A DNA stretch of 64,000 nt from Laetmonice hystrix (GCA_965235115.1 OZ249441.1:10974001-11038000); one strand, 5' to 3'; counted from the first letter of the stretch, positions 23,501 to 37,914 are shown. Translations and numbers: made by a program. Notes: generated from the sequence alone by a model not told the origin.

Positions 23501-26500
23501 GCTTGGGCTTGGATGCAATCTATGCAATTCGACGTGGGTTAACAAGTGAACAAGTAACCATGCATCATCTAGTAATCATTGGATTCTCCACGTTTCTTTC
23601 TCCCTTTTCCTCGGTCCGTTCCTCGTTTCTATAACGCACCCCTCCCCACCACCTACACGTACACACATGGACTGAATACTTTTTGTACCGTATTTCTATG
23701 GGATTCCTTTGTAATGTTTAGACCCATAAACACCAGGAATCACTTGGCACCGTACGGAATCTCTCCGTAAGGTATACTATAGTAATCAATCATTTAGTCT
23801 ATTCTGTTACGTAATATGTGTCTAAGCCTATATGTGTATCCATTACTGACTCAATACTCTGGAAACCACACAGGGAAGAGTAGACTCTTGGCGTATGTCC
23901 TCAGGTGGGACGACCTGACAACGGGAGACCCCCTAACCCGCCTGGCCCTGCCCTCCAGACGTCCCATTGTTTTTTACCTGCTGTGAGACCGAACATGCCG
24001 ATGGCATAAGTCATACCGTGTGGTCAGGACACCCAAACCTGATACATTGGCTTGCATTCCTCTGTCGCAGGTTTCTGCCCGGAACGGCAAACATGAGACT
24101 GTAGCCACCGTCAAAGGATAACATAAAACGTCTTGTAACGGTTTACAGTTTGGTTACAAGCTTTCCTAAACACCATTTTAATGTCTATGCCTTAGATGAC
24201 GCGGTCATGTACAGACCCACACCAATAAGGGTTCAACAGAAATAATGTTCACCACATCTTTGCATACATATAATTTTGGCATTTCAATTTCCAAACAAAT
24301 ATAAACAATATCATATTATCGATTATATAATACTTTTTAAAACGAAGAAATAGTGGTAAAGTTTCATAAACTTGGATTTAAGTCGATCTGAAAAGAGTTG
24401 GCAACATGTGGCAATAGTTTGCCACATGCTGCCTGACGAGCGTGAATTTGTCCACATGGCGTACAAGCTGGTGTGCGTCAGGCAGCGTGTCGTCTGCAGC
24501 CTGCTGTGTACTGGCTTCAGGCAATACGCCCTCATCGGTCACGTGACAGGCCGTTGCCTTGACGACGGACGATGTGAAATGGTCCCGGGAGACATGGACC
24601 TTTAACTTGATGTTAGTGAGGGCCAGACGAGAGACAACGAGCCGGAAATGAGTGGTCGTTCATCCCAGACACCTTGTGAACTGTAACCTGTTTTTGTTCT
24701 GGCATGCCTGCGGCAGGGCAATAAGCTTTATTATCGTATCTGACCGCATGGTGATTTCATGGGCTTTTCCCAGAATGTGGGAATACTAAATACTGTCAGG
24801 CAACAAGTATTATAACAGCATGATTTGATCAAAATAAAAATAATTACAAACATTGGCTATCACTAGGATTATACTCGACTACAAAATGCAGGTTAGCCAA
24901 CGTATCCACCTGACTCCTTGCCCTCGGCTATAGCAGACGCTCACCGTATCCCATATAACTGTATACCAGACGCTGAAGCTGGTGCACGACATGTCTGGAG
25001 GGGATAGATTGACATGTACATTATTTGATACATGCACGCGTAGCACATGAGGCACGCGAACCAGACTGAATCATAGCTTGTGGTGATAGGTGACACCTGT
25101 ACCGCGGTCATAGAAATACTCCACACCGTCATGAATAACTACAGGTGACCAACTATCTGTGCATAAAGGTATTTGTCCCAGGCTGACCGGTGGCTTCTAA
25201 ACGGCATGTTTCTACCTTGATGATGCGTTACTTTATTAAAGGGTCCACATAAATGGCAGTGTTTTATTATTCGGAACAATTTATAAGTCAACAAAATATT
25301 ACAACTCAGCAAATTGTGTGACAATGGATCACGTGCATGAAACAGGTTCTGCACGCTATCCCCCTGATTGAACAGAACATGATATTTTCTCACGCTTCCA
25401 GTCTTGTCCACCAATTTGCATTTCAGGTGTCATATCCATTCATGCCCCCTGTATAGTATAACACACGTGAGAAGGTGTACCTTACAGCTATTTCTCCAAG
25501 AATATAATAGTCCCCAGTCGACTAGTTCACCCAAGGGCGTGGCAAGTCGCCATTACACAGAAACAAGGGCATGTGTTTGTCAGAATAATAGACCACTACG
25601 GGCGCCCATGAGCACCCCGAGCTATGGCGTCGTTCGACCGCCAGAGGGCGTGTTCCTGGGAAGCTTCCAATGTACGTTCCGGTTCCGGTTGCACGGGTAT
25701 TAGCATGCAGGTGTGGCGGAGGTGGAAGTTTCCCCGAACTAAAAGATAACGACGCGTCATTAAATGTTGTCCTAAAAACAAAGGAGGCATGAATAGGCGC
25801 ATTCACCTGTGATGGGGCCAGTGGGGAGGTGGTGCCCAAGGCGGGCACAATATGCCCCCAGCAGGATGAGAAGGGCGCACAGGTCATTCCGTCACCTCCC
25901 CCATGTGCTACGGGAGCGCGGGAATCGACTGCCATGCACGTGCACAAACACCTTCAGGCACCCTCTCCGCCCATTTCTTTGTCTCCTGCTACAGACCGAA
26001 AAGAAAATGTCTTGATGCATTGAGTGGAACGTTTTCATTACTAGGCTCCAATTTTACGCACGTTTTCTACACGCGCGGCGCATTATGGGACCTTTTACGG
26101 AGCTTCTCTGCTACATCATAGCACCAGTCCATGGAAAATCAAACTGCAACCGAACAGTCAAAATTCCTGGTATATCAAATGAGAATTTTTAGGGAATATA
26201 ACACAACACAATAACCAAGAAATACAAAGGTCTACCTTTCGAAAATCCTGCTTAACTATTTGTTTAAACATAAGATTGTATCAGATATTGACTGATTCGT
26301 CGCCATTCTTTCATATTATAGCAAACATTTTTGTGGTAAGCAGCGGTCATACTGTGTTTTATGTAGTCTGGAGGCCGCAAGCTATAAGTTATAGGGTGGG
26401 CTGAGACAGGGCTATGGAGTTCACCCCCTGATGAAGGTGACGGGGATGCCAGGTGCCAACTGTGATAACAAGAATAAGGACGGCTTCATTTTCTCTGGCC

Positions 26501-26598
26501 TTGTTTATAGATAATAGATATGTTAACAACTAAATGTAACTTCACAATAAATAGGGATAGGTACATGTATTTAATTTGCTGACATTGTCTGCGGCGAC

Positions 26599-26755
26599 NN
26601 NNNNNNNNNNNNNNNNNNNNNNNNNNNNNNNNNNNNNNNNNNNNNNNNNNNNNNNNNNNNNNNNNNNNNNNNNNNNNNNNNNNNNNNNNNNNNNNNNNNN
26701 NNNNNNNNNNNNNNNNNNNNNNNNNNNNNNNNNNNNNNNNNNNNNNNNNNNNNNN
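26599..26755. other. Assembly gap (N run)
   Basis: 157 N. Confidence 1.
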
Positions 26756-29700
26756 ATAATTCCAAGTGTACCAAAAGTCAGTTACTCTATTCACTGACAG
26801 TATAATAGGAGTTGGCTTTAGTTCACAGCATTCCTTCCCCATGGCCGGAGAGGAGCCACTCTCAATTGTTCAAGCCGTTACGTCAACAGTTTTATTTACT
26901 CAATGGATGTCCTGTAGGAGAATTCCAGTCGTTGTAAACCTTGTGTAAAGCGTCCTGACTCGGTAAGGGTAAGATTGCCTCCCCAGTAGCCGCACACCGT
27001 TTATATGTCTCTACTGACCATTCTAATTTCCCAGGGCGTCCGTGCTGTATTGCCAATCAACAGCACGACTTTTACCTTTACCTTCACCCACGTCTATAAC
27101 GTTATGTAAGATAATAGACGCTTACGTGGGTACAGCAGCAGCGGTGCGAATAACATCGGACACAGAGGTTCATGTATACTGTTAGAGGACAAATACGGCC
27201 AAATCCTGATCCAACACACCTCAGCCAATGGAGCGAAGCCATGAACCTTCGTGTTGCCAAACCACCCTCTTCAGGGGAAACCAACAATAGAATGGGGATA
27301 TTTCGGGGTCTGTCCCCTCTCTAAGCTCTCCATGGTTCGATGTGGATCGGGTGAGGACATTGACAAGTAACAGGGTAATTGGTTACACCCCGCAGAGGTC
27401 GATCAGAGGGGTCAGAGGCTGGTGTTGGGTTGACTCTCATTGACCGACTGACTAGTGGGACCTTCTATAAGGTGAAGATCAATTTAGACAATGGCTTGAC
27501 CACTGAGAGGTTATCTCACTATATGTAAGCGTCAGTGCCCCACGGAACACCCAACACCATGTTATGTCCTCCTCTCACATAGTCCACCAGTAAAGTAGCA
27601 ATTAGTTGCCGAGGTCGACTGGGTCCCAATTTAGTTTGTGTGTTTAGTAGTCGGTGGGGGCTAGTTCAAGAGGATCTTGTATTATTCAAGTCATTGTCGA
27701 TTTGACTTTAGGGGGTTGGCTCTATGTGAACTTGGCCATTTCTAAGTGTATACGTTTTCCCGTCATTCCTGACAGAAGAGGTGTAGATTAACACTCGACC
27801 AAAGAAAACACTGCACCTGGGTTGAACAGTTAGTGTGGGAAAAGGTGTTCTAAATGATTAATGTTTTCCCAGACGACAAGAAAGTGTGACACCAATAGAG
27901 GTTTACAATCTACCATTAACGGACGCCTCCTTCTGTCTACAGTCAGGTCTGAGGTTTGGTAGAACGGGATGGTCGTGGGACAGGTTCATGGAATGCCCGT
28001 AGAAATCCGTAAACCAAAGCAGAGGTATTATTATCATTACTTTGAATTAAAGATAAATGTTCATTACACCGGGAAATTATGCATAAAATTGTTATATTTC
28101 TCCTCGATTAAACTGGGCATGTATAGTACTAATGTAGAAACAAGTAATATGACGATCTATACAGACAGCAATGTTACACCATACGATAACACATTGAATT
28201 CTCTCTCTCTCTGATAATCTCATGGTCTTACACGACATGGCCAATACTAAGGTAAAACTCCGATATCACAATTGATGCCAGGGGCTCAAATTCATTGTTA
28301 AATGAAATTGTTGTGTTTGGTTGTGCTACAATCACTCTTTACGTTTAAAAAGATAATTCTATATTTCGACTTAACAGAAGGACCTTTGCGTCTATAATAT
28401 GGCAGTATCAGGATGGACGCCGATAAAACGGTTTTTGTTTCCTCCATGCGAACTGCCCGAGGTCCAGTGACAGGCATACGCCTGCCCGTTAGACATACAT
28501 TACCGTGCCCAGCCTGGGGCGCCAATATTACGAGATGGTTTCTCTGGGCAATAACTGTGGTCGACGATATGTTAACGGTGTTATGACATACTGTTCCCAT
28601 ACCTTAGCGAATTGACCACATACCACAGCCCTGGACGGTACACGACAGAGATACGGGTCTGGGTACCGTCGGACTTTAAATCTGGCATTTAAATCGGTGA
28701 TTAATTTCGTTCACTAAACAGTACGCTATAGTGCAGTTTTTACTGTTATAGTTGCCCGTTTATTTTACACAATGAATATTATAATACCCGAATCAATTGG
28801 ATACATCGCGATATACATCGTAGTCCGTTTTGCCAGAGTAATTCTACATAGCAAAGTTATATGCATAGAAAGAGGAGGAGGAGCCCGTTTATGGCAGGTT
28901 AGAAAAAATACCGTTATCGAACCGAGATGATGGGTTTCAAAACCTAGCCGGTTATTTTGTCAATAGTGGTGTACCATATGGGTGTTGGTATATGTTATTG
29001 TCACACGGCTATTGTCGACATAATGGATGGGAGGAACGCGTCCATATAACTCGAGGTCAAACCCGCCGCCTGCTTTACTGTTATTGTAAACGTATTATGT
29101 ATGACGGACAATTGTTTGACACCTGCACAATAACCACCCTGACCGCCAGGTATTGTAAAGGGTGGTTGTGGTGGTGGGAGGGGGCGGGGGTAATAAAGAG
29201 AACCGGGAAAGAATGGGAGAGTAAGAATTTGTGTCTTGTAAAAATACTTTCTGTTTTCATTTATTCTTATCCCGTTTCAACATTTCCATAGCTAGTAGTA
29301 TTATAGATCAGGAGTATAAGTGGGATGGATTAGTACATTTTATGTTGTATAATTCTAATACATACAATAAACAAACGTGTATAGATTAGAAATCATCTAG
29401 AAAGGCCGATATTTGACATCATATTTGACCACCACATATAGCTAATCATGTAACAATACATCATAGACCCAAATCGAAGAGTGCCACGAAGAATTTTCAC
29501 TATTACAAAGATGTTGTTTGTGCCCGTCCTATGTTATAAAACCCTGACAGTCATCTGAGACCTTGTTTTGGTCGGGGATATGTAAAATACCCTCATGATG
29601 GTTTCATGGAACTGAAGATTACCATGCGGGGGAGGGCCTTGGGCCGAGAACTCTACCCGCTTGATGACAGGTGGGGGTGTTTCACGAGCCAGTAAAACTG

Positions 29701-30532
29701 ACTGACTCTTGAACCCTCTCATACTTATACATGGTGGGTGAATTATACATGGTGGGTGAATTACATCTGACTCTACAAGTTTGCCATTCGAAGACCTTCT
29801 GGCATTACTAACATTCTACATGTGTATTTTCAGATATGTTTCGTATTCGTGTAGGATTTGTTAGTAATGTTAGAAGTCAATCAAGGGGTAAAAAGAGTCA
29901 ATGAAGTATATGTGTGCATGCATCTTCCCCCGGAACCTTGTTTCGGGCAAGCTCTAAAAATAATGATTACAATGGAATTCAAACGAATCCAGGGATCTTT
30001 ACGCAATTCGTATAGAATACGTCGATTGGACGAGAATAGAAACAACGCCATCTGGTGGACTCTCGAGTGACCACAACAATGAGTCGATCCTGGCTGGCCG
30101 CCCTGTGTGTACACGTCCTTGGGGAAGTCCTTACCCAACCTTTACAATGAGGTACCCTGATGTAATATCGAATTCGTGCACAAACTCCCACGCCCCTCGG
30201 CGTCTGTGTCGTCATACAGGGCGTGGTTTACATGGCAGGAACTTCCGGCGATTCATTCCTGCAGCAAACAATACGGAAAGGTCATAATTATGATGAGCAC
30301 ATGATAAACCAAACAAACAGTGATACTTTTATATCCTCGTACAATACGATAATCTACGATATACCAGTTACTATACACAGCTGCTATATAGATCTCTTAT
30401 AACTTACCACAAAAGCGCATATATTTGTAATGTAATCAGCAATACAATGTACTACTACCATGTACGTGTAGTACCATGTAGCAGTAGGTCTAATAGCTAA
30501 GTAGGATGGCCTATGAACTTTGCAAGATGCAC

Positions 30533-30553
30533 ATCCTTTTATTATATAGAAGA
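30533..30553 (-). mobile_element. Possible Helitron-like 5' terminus (TCTTCTATATAATAAAAGG)
   Basis: Resembles typical TC(T)ATATAATAAAAG Helitron 5' ends. No A|T insertion site and no hairpin+CTRR 3' end were found. Confidence 0.25.
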
Positions 30554-32140
30554 CACGCATGTTGCATGGTTGGATAGCTCCAAATACTGGGCGAAGAACA
30601 TCTTTTGACTGCCAGGGTTTAAACAAAGACATAAATAATACATTCTTGTCAATCAATCACACACAGTGATGACGACGGTAGACAGCAATGACCAGTGGTT
30701 TCCCTGTGAAGTTCTCGACCGGCTCCCTGGTAACCCCCACCTTGCGCAGAGCCTCTCCTCTAACCCATGCGCTGTCACACGTCCGTGGACGCTCAAATAT
30801 AACCCGTGTTTTCTTTAATCGGGGGTCGCGTAAGGAGAGCCTTTGATGTGGCCACATTTGGAAATGTCGCTAATGGGAAAGATCGGAATCTTCCCGAAAA
30901 TTACCCGCATCACGGACATGTCTGTGCGTGCACACACGCATGCACGCCTGACCTTGGGCGTCAGTTCAAGGTTAGTTATAGCATGACTGGTTATACCTGT
31001 TGACTTTCTCAAGTAGAGGCGTTTACATGTAGCTGCAGATCACGCGCACGAACTGAAACGTCTTTGATCCTTAGATTTCCTTAGAATGAAATCTTTAATA
31101 GTACATCCGATATTGTTGAGGTGCTTGCTTCATAAAACCCCTGGAAGAAACAGGCACTCACTTATGGACAACGGTGGAGTTCTTCAAGGATTCAAATAAC
31201 CAATAGAGCTTGAGTGGCTAAACTCGTGCCGTGCATGCCCAAACAAAAATCATCACATGAAACCTTTGGAAAGCTTTGCATAATAATACTTTACTGCGAT
31301 ATGGTTTTTCAAAAAGCATACTCCATGTGAGAAATGAACGCCACGTAAAGTGGCGTAGGCTTTCCAGGGTGGCCGACTTCAAAGGGAATCTACCTATTTG
31401 TCCTTGTGTTACAGTCGATTGGCCCACCCCTTCGCCCTTTCTTGAAATTTCCATGAAGGTCAAGTAAGCAACAGGTGCCTCACAACTCGAGCCAATTCAC
31501 GTGATTCGACACTTACGAATGTCAGTCCAAAGAGTGGCGAGTTCAAAGTTCACCGGTCACCCATCTGACACACATCTTTGTTATGGGTTGCTGCCATGAA
31601 CATTGCCATGCATTTTGAGAGAGGAGGTTGGGGGTTGGAATACCCCATGTGCGTTGACAACCCTTGGCGATTTGTCATCATTTTGAAAGGTCAATGGCAT
31701 GCACAAGATGAACGTTGCTCACATACTTACCCTGGCCTTGACAAACCTCATTGTCAAAGGCTGGGGCTCGGTCATGTTCGCTCGTTAGCCAGCATGGTGG
31801 CCACTAACTTACGACGGCATGCATGTCTGCTCAAGGTGCCTGGGGTTTGAAAGGTGAGGTGAGGTAAGGATGTGGGTATGGATACTTCACGTCTCTATAG
31901 ATGCTTGCCTTCGACCTCTAGGTCATACAGTTTGGAAGACACAAGCAACATGACGAGTTGTTAGCTTAGTCTCTTTCTCTCTCTCTCTCGTGAATACTCA
32001 CAAAGCACAATCTAAGCCTTACTTTAAAAAATCGTCATGCCATAATATAGGAAATCCATTTACTCCTTGCCCAAAACAGCATTTTCAAAAAGGTGCTAGT
32101 TTTCTGATCATATAATTATGACCAGTACTTCTACCAGATT

Positions 32141-33033
32141 GCCTGGTTCATACCCCAGGCTGGGCCCTGCTGCCTGGTTCATACCCCAGGCTGGGCCCTG
32201 CTGCCTGGTTCATACCCCAGTCTGGGCCCTGCTGCCTGGTTCATACCCCAGGCTGGGCCCTTCTGTCTGGTTCATACCCCAGGCTGGGCCCTGCTGCCTG
32301 GTTCACACCCCAGCCTGGGCCCTGCTGCCTGGTTCATACCCCAGGCTGGGACCTGATGCCTGGTTCATACCCCAGGCTGGGCCCTGCTGCCTGGTTCATA
32401 CCCCAGGCTGGACCCTGCTGCCTGGTTCACACCCCAGGCTGGACCCTGCTGCCTGGTTCACACCCAGGCTGGGCCCTGCTGCCTGGTTCACACCCCAGGC
32501 TGGGCCCTGCTGCCTGGTTCACACCCCAGGCTGGGCCCTGCTGCCTGGTTCATACCCCAGGCTGGGCCCTGCTGCCTGGTTCACATCAGGCTGGGCCCTG
32601 CTGCCTGGTTCATACCCAAGGCTGGGCCCTGCTGCCTGGTTCACACCTCAGGCTGGGCCCTGCTGCCTGGTTCATACCCCAGGCTGGGCCCTGCTGCCTG
32701 GTTCATACCCCAGGCTGGGCCCTGCTGCCTGGTTCACATCAGGCTGGGCCCTGCTGCCTGGTTCATACCCAAGGCTGGGCCCTGCTGCCTGGTTCACACC
32801 TCAGGCTGGGCCCTGCTGCCTGGTTCATACCCCAGGCTGGGCCCTGCTGCCTGGTTCATACCCCAGGCTGGGCCCTGCTGCCTGGTTCACACCCCAGGCT
32901 GGGCCCTGCTGCCTGGTTCACACCCCAGGCTGGGCCCTGCTGCCTGGTTCACACCCCAGACTGGGCCCTGATGCCTGGTTCATACCCCAGGCTGGGCCCT
33001 GCTGCCTGGTTCACACTCCAGCCTGGGCCTGCT
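32141..33033. repeat. Minisatellite, 31-bp GC-rich unit, about 29 copies
   Basis: GCTGGGCCCTGCTGCCTGGTTCATACCCCAG in tandem, with some shortened units. The 31-aa periodicity of the overlapping ORFs equals 3 units. Confidence 0.97.
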
Positions 33034-33919
33034 GGACATCAAGGTTGGCCGATCACGACACATGTATCCACGGATCCATGCTGGGACCAGGCGACTGGAC
33101 CGGAAGTATCGGTTCAGAAATCTGAGGCGCCCACATACATGTATACCATACAGTGTTTACTCTACACCATGCTGCACATTCAGCCACTTTCTCGGCTTTT
33201 CCTTAAATTACAGGGCGTTCCCGGATTTTATCCGATATCAAAGAACTAGATCTTCCCTACATGCGCGCCGATACCATCTGAAATGATGCATGAAATGCCC
33301 ATGTATCACCGTGAATGGTGGTCACCACAAAAGCCACCAACTGATGCGTGAAACAACCCGACTCCTCCGCAATTATCGCCTATCATTGTCTCCGATATGG
33401 GAGCGTCCTATGAAGGTACCGGAGCATTGTCTCCCGGCACCCGCAGTGTCTGCACACAGACAACCCGTATACTCCCCACGGTAGGCTAAACACAACTGTC
33501 GGCAAATATCCGACACGAGTAGGGCGGATCAAAAACACGAACTGACGAACGCGAGGCGCGACGACTCTGATGTTCAACAGGGGGCGCTCGTCTCAGCGAC
33601 CGAATGCGCTTACAATATAAACAACGCTTAAATTCGCGCCGGCTGATTGATAGCTGGGGGTTGGAAGGGCCCCAGGGGATACTTGAAAGTGATTCCCCGG
33701 AATGCAACCATAAGTGGCCAGCTCCAGGTGGGATGGTGGTGGCCCTGTGGGCGCCCACTTCGATCTACACGGATCCGATCACTGGCAGAGAAAGGATCTT
33801 ACTTTGTCAGGCCAGGACTCACGCAGAGCGTGGTCGATTTACCACTGGACACGGTAATATACCCCTCCCGTATGGTGTTGGCCATCTTAAAGGCAGGTAT
33901 TTTCTAGTCACCATGTTAA

Positions 33920-34202
33920 AGCAAACACCGGCTATCTCTTATATCAATGACTCCAAAATGCCGACATGGACTGTTAGGTTAGTTAAGGCATTAAAATACG
34001 GATAAATCAATAAATGTATACCCACAGAAACGGAGAAATCTAATGAAATTCAACATTCCAGTTGCCTGTTGTCGGTATGAAGCGACCTTCTCATGGCTGG
34101 TTGTTGACCTGAAATTGACTTAAACAATGAAATTCATCGGTTCATCGCCCGTTCATGTCTGCATTTTGGAGTCACTGGAATAAGAGGTAGTCGGTGTTTG
34201 CT
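33920..34202. mobile_element. Non-autonomous DNA transposon, TTAA-flanked with AG...CT ends (Kolobok-like); internally deleted relative of 52165-52632
   Basis: Left TTAA|AGCAAACACCGGCTATCTCTT...ACTCCAAAATGCCGACATG and right CATGTCTGCATTTTGGAGT...AAGAGGTAGTCGGTGTTTGCT|TTCA form a ~55-bp imperfect TIR. The sequence is clearly homologous to the 52-kb copy. Confidence 0.75.
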
Positions 34203-36428
34203 TTCAGCTTATGTTAATCTCTATACACCGAAGAACATTTCTTTCTTGAAGCAGGTTGCCGTTGTGAAAGTTCTGGTGTTATCTAGTGTCACCAGCTTGC
34301 TGTTTGAAGAGATGTGAAGGTCAGGGGTGCCTTCATATAGGTACGCCAACATTATGGCCAGTTTAGCTGCTTGTGGAGACTGCCATACGATGGCGACCAG
34401 GGATGGGAGAGGTTCATCCATTCATCCAGGAAGTAATGCCCTCGGTATTGTATGCGGATATTATGAGGAGAGCGAAGGCCCAGAGTTAAGTTATAACTCC
34501 TCCAACCAGGAACTCGTGCTTTAGGAAACATGTCCAATTAACTAGCTATAATCCTTACATTATTTGATCTGAATACATTCGCGTTTCCTAAGGAATATCA
34601 AATAAATATCACAAAAGCACTTCTAGTAGAACCTCCCATACTGTTTATTTTCTCAGATAATGCCTGCTCTCGACTGAGATGTTGTCCAGTGGACCAACGA
34701 GTGGACTAAAGCAATAACACTGTCCCTGACCAAGCCTGTGGCTTATTGGGGGTTCGTAGGCCTAGAGGGTTATGCAAGACGCCCCCAGCGTCTAGTCATT
34801 TCACGACGCTGCATGGACAGTCCGACAGCGCGGATGTTATCCCCTGTTATGACTGAGGGCGTCATACGGTACGCTCTCACCCCCACCCACCCAGACACTC
34901 ACAACCAGTCAAATAACAGTGACGCCCCCCTCGGTAAGCGTAGGTGCAATGCCAGGCTATCATGTTTCCCTAGGTTTAGTCCCCTATCTCCTCCCTAATC
35001 TGGGGGTCCGTCGTCAAGAATTGGACGTGAATAGATGTGACGTAAAATTGCAGGTCCTATCCCTGCGGACTGACATATAAATAGTGCAATCCCTCTAGGG
35101 TTTATTGGGGGCCAATGGATGAATATATACATACCCGCAGTGAAAAGGTTAGATCAATAGTTGAGCTCATAGCGTCACTTTGCACAAAATTGCTCGTGTC
35201 TCTACGTAAGTTCATTCAGCGAAATACCGGCGGAGCGTCAAAATAGAAGCCACATCCGGAGCCTCGTGTTTGTCAGTCGTTCATGACGTAACGTAATGTC
35301 TCCGCCGGGATCGCGTGCGTGCATGAGGAGCTCAGGACGAGAAGTTGATGAGCTTGTAGATACGACATGCCAGATGTGACTAGGATGCGTGTATCTGTAG
35401 AGGATCACCCTTCGCCTCAGATATCGTTCCAACTGATCGGGCCATCGGGAGAAAGGGTCACTTTAAAAGATCTGCCATGCATGACTGACTGTCTAACTGT
35501 GTGGTGGAGTATACCTAACCCTGACCGTAAATCACCATCCAGGGGATGTTAGAGTGCTTGTCCTAGCACACTCGTGCTGCATGACCAGTCTAACTGTGTG
35601 TCTAACTAGCATCTGTTTGGTTGATCAAGACATATCTAATGTAACCTGATTGTTGGTGTAGACCTATTAGTAAGGTCAAGCAGATTCCGTGTGGTAGTCT
35701 GCAGTCATGAGAACTAGGGGTCAAGTAAGGGCACTTCCCTCATGTAGGTACAGTATGAAAATATCCACTTACGGAAGGAAAGGTCGTTCATACCATATAG
35801 CTATTATCATACGAGTAAGGAGGTGATTAGTAGTTCCCTCGCGACTAAATCTTAAGTGCCCTTTACGAATCAAAGTATTTATCTCATAGATTAATGAGCT
35901 CCTCAATTAGTTAGAATGTACATACACATGTATAGACTTTCTATTTAGTCAACAATATTCATGAGATCTTTAGAAGCGATGGATCCTAACCCCCAAAATG
36001 AACATCTCTCTCAAGAAATCCCTTGTATTAATCACAATATTTGACACAACCGTAGGGCTTTACTTTGGGCGCCAACGTCAGCAGGCTAATTTCACGCCTT
36101 CTGCAGGAGGTAAGGTACGGCCAGACAGGCAGGCCTCTCATGGACGCTGTGTTCATTACCCGCCGCCAGGGGGCAGTGCTGGAAGGCGGGAGAACTGTCA
36201 GCGGTCGAGCGTCAGCCCAGGTTGATTGACGTGCCCTCGTGGACATCGTGCCTGCCAGGTCGATGGGTGATGGACATACCTACGTGTGGTATATGGTTGT
36301 CGCTTAATAAACTGTCGCATGTCAACACAGATAGCGACGGCAGAAAGAGAGCTTTCCCATTTCTACGGCCGTGATGAAAGTCTTGCTTGAACCACACAGT
36401 ATCCGAGGCCTTACGGGCAGTCCATGGA

Positions 36429-36865
36429 AGAAATTACTGTGTTATTGCAGAAACTAAGACATTCTTACTTTATGTGTAAGAAAGTACCGTGTTATCGCAG
36501 AAAGTTAGAATTCGTACTTTCTGTCATTGCTGACCGTATATGTGTAAGAAAGTACCGTGTTATCGCAGAAAGTTAGACATTCTTACTTTCTGTCATTGCT
36601 GACTGTGTAAGAAAGTACCGTGTTATCGCAGAAAGTACGACATTCTTACTTTCTGTCATTGCTGACCGTGTATGTGTAAGAAAGTACCGTGTTATCGCAG
36701 AAAGTTAGACATTCTTACTTTCTGTCATTGCTGACCGTGTATGTGTAAGAAAGTACCGTGTTATCGCAGAAAGTACGACATTCTTACTTTATGTGTAAGA
36801 AAGTACCGTGTTATCTCAGAAACTAAGACATTCTTACTTTCTGTTATTGCTGACCGTGTATGTGT
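36429..36865. repeat. Modular minisatellite (~49-bp + ~20-bp modules, ~69-bp unit), about 7 copies
   Basis: TGTGTAAGAAAGTACCGTGTTATCGCAGAAAGTTAGACATTCTTACTTT, with or without CTGTCATTGCTGACCGTGTA. Confidence 0.93.
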
Positions 36866-37645
36866 TATGAATGGTCATTCACGCCTGCACACACAATTAT
36901 TTCCAGTTAAGGGACGACTCTCAGCAGCCCCTATTCGCACGTCCCTGAAAGAGGACACTGCAGCAGAAAAAGAGCGCCCCTTTAAACGACCTTTGACCTT
37001 TAGCGGCCTGAGAGCCTCATAGTAGGACGGAGTGAACTTTTTTTTATGCCTCCTCATTTTCCTTCAAAAATCCGGAAAACAAAAAACAAAAAAAGGGCAT
37101 AATTAGGAATAAGGCTGAATACCATGCTGATTCCAGATACGCCTATCGCATGTAGAGGCACTGAGGTATTCTACATGTATCTGATTAATTCTAGCACTGG
37201 CATTAATCATCACATGTCAATCATGTGGGCAAATGATATCGGTGTTTAATTAAGGGAAGCCTATAGCAATTTGCTGTGGTTGAGAGGACGGGAGGTGTGA
37301 GACAGCGGTCGGCGGGCCACGCCGGGCCAGGTCCCGGGGAGTGGGGAGGAGATGTCCTGGGGAGCAGGGGGCCAGGGTCGCCGGGCAGCGCTCCCCTCAA
37401 CATGTCAGTTACCCTATCAATGTAGTGGAATTGATGTCATGTATGATACCGCGGGGTACGCCAGTAACCACGGGGTGTGAAGAGCGTGGGTGGGGGGTAG
37501 CTGCATGGATCGTGGGGGACAGGCAAACATGGGCCACCATGTCGGCCTAGCCCTCTCTGGGCTAAATTTGTGTCTATGTACGGCAGGAGAAGACCAAGGT
37601 CTCTGGAGAACACTGGTCTGGAAGTGACGAGGGGGAATCCCTATA

Positions 37646-37914
37646 CAAAGGCGGATCCAGAGGGGGGGCGCACAGGGGACACGTGCCCCCTTTAGCTTCA
37701 TTAATTATAGGCCTACACGGCTACAGCCTACTCATTTTTAATTAATTTTAACACTGACGGTGTATCTTAGGGAAACGCCGAGCTATTATGTAGGCCTATA
37801 CCTCCAAAACTCTCATTCAAGAGCATGAACTTTAAGCTTAATAAGTAATGCAAACAATCATGAATTGCTTTTCTGTGCCCCCCCCCCTTTAGTGAAATCC
37901 TGGATCCGCCAGTG
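37646..37914. mobile_element. MITE-like element with CA(G/A)nGGCGGATCCAG termini
   Basis: CAAAGGCGGATCCAG ... CTGGATCCGCCAGTG inverted termini with poly-G/C subterminal tracts. No clear TSD. Confidence 0.6.

Noticed and set aside
26486-26842. ORFs spanning N-gaps (also 42273-42919)
   Set aside because: These are artefacts of translating N as X.
28404-28580. RTARGPVTGIR resembling the carboxylesterase N-terminal motif
   Set aside because: The diagnostic FLGIPYA/PP..LRF motifs do not follow.
32141-33033. CRISPR-like appearance of the short regular repeats (this and other arrays)
   Set aside because: The units are directly adjacent with no unique spacers, there are no cas genes, and the context is eukaryotic.
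32118-33249. 335-aa and 297-aa ORFs in the 31-bp array
   Set aside because: The unit length is not a multiple of 3 and shortened units shift the frame. The openness reflects a stop-free GC-rich unit, not coding selection.
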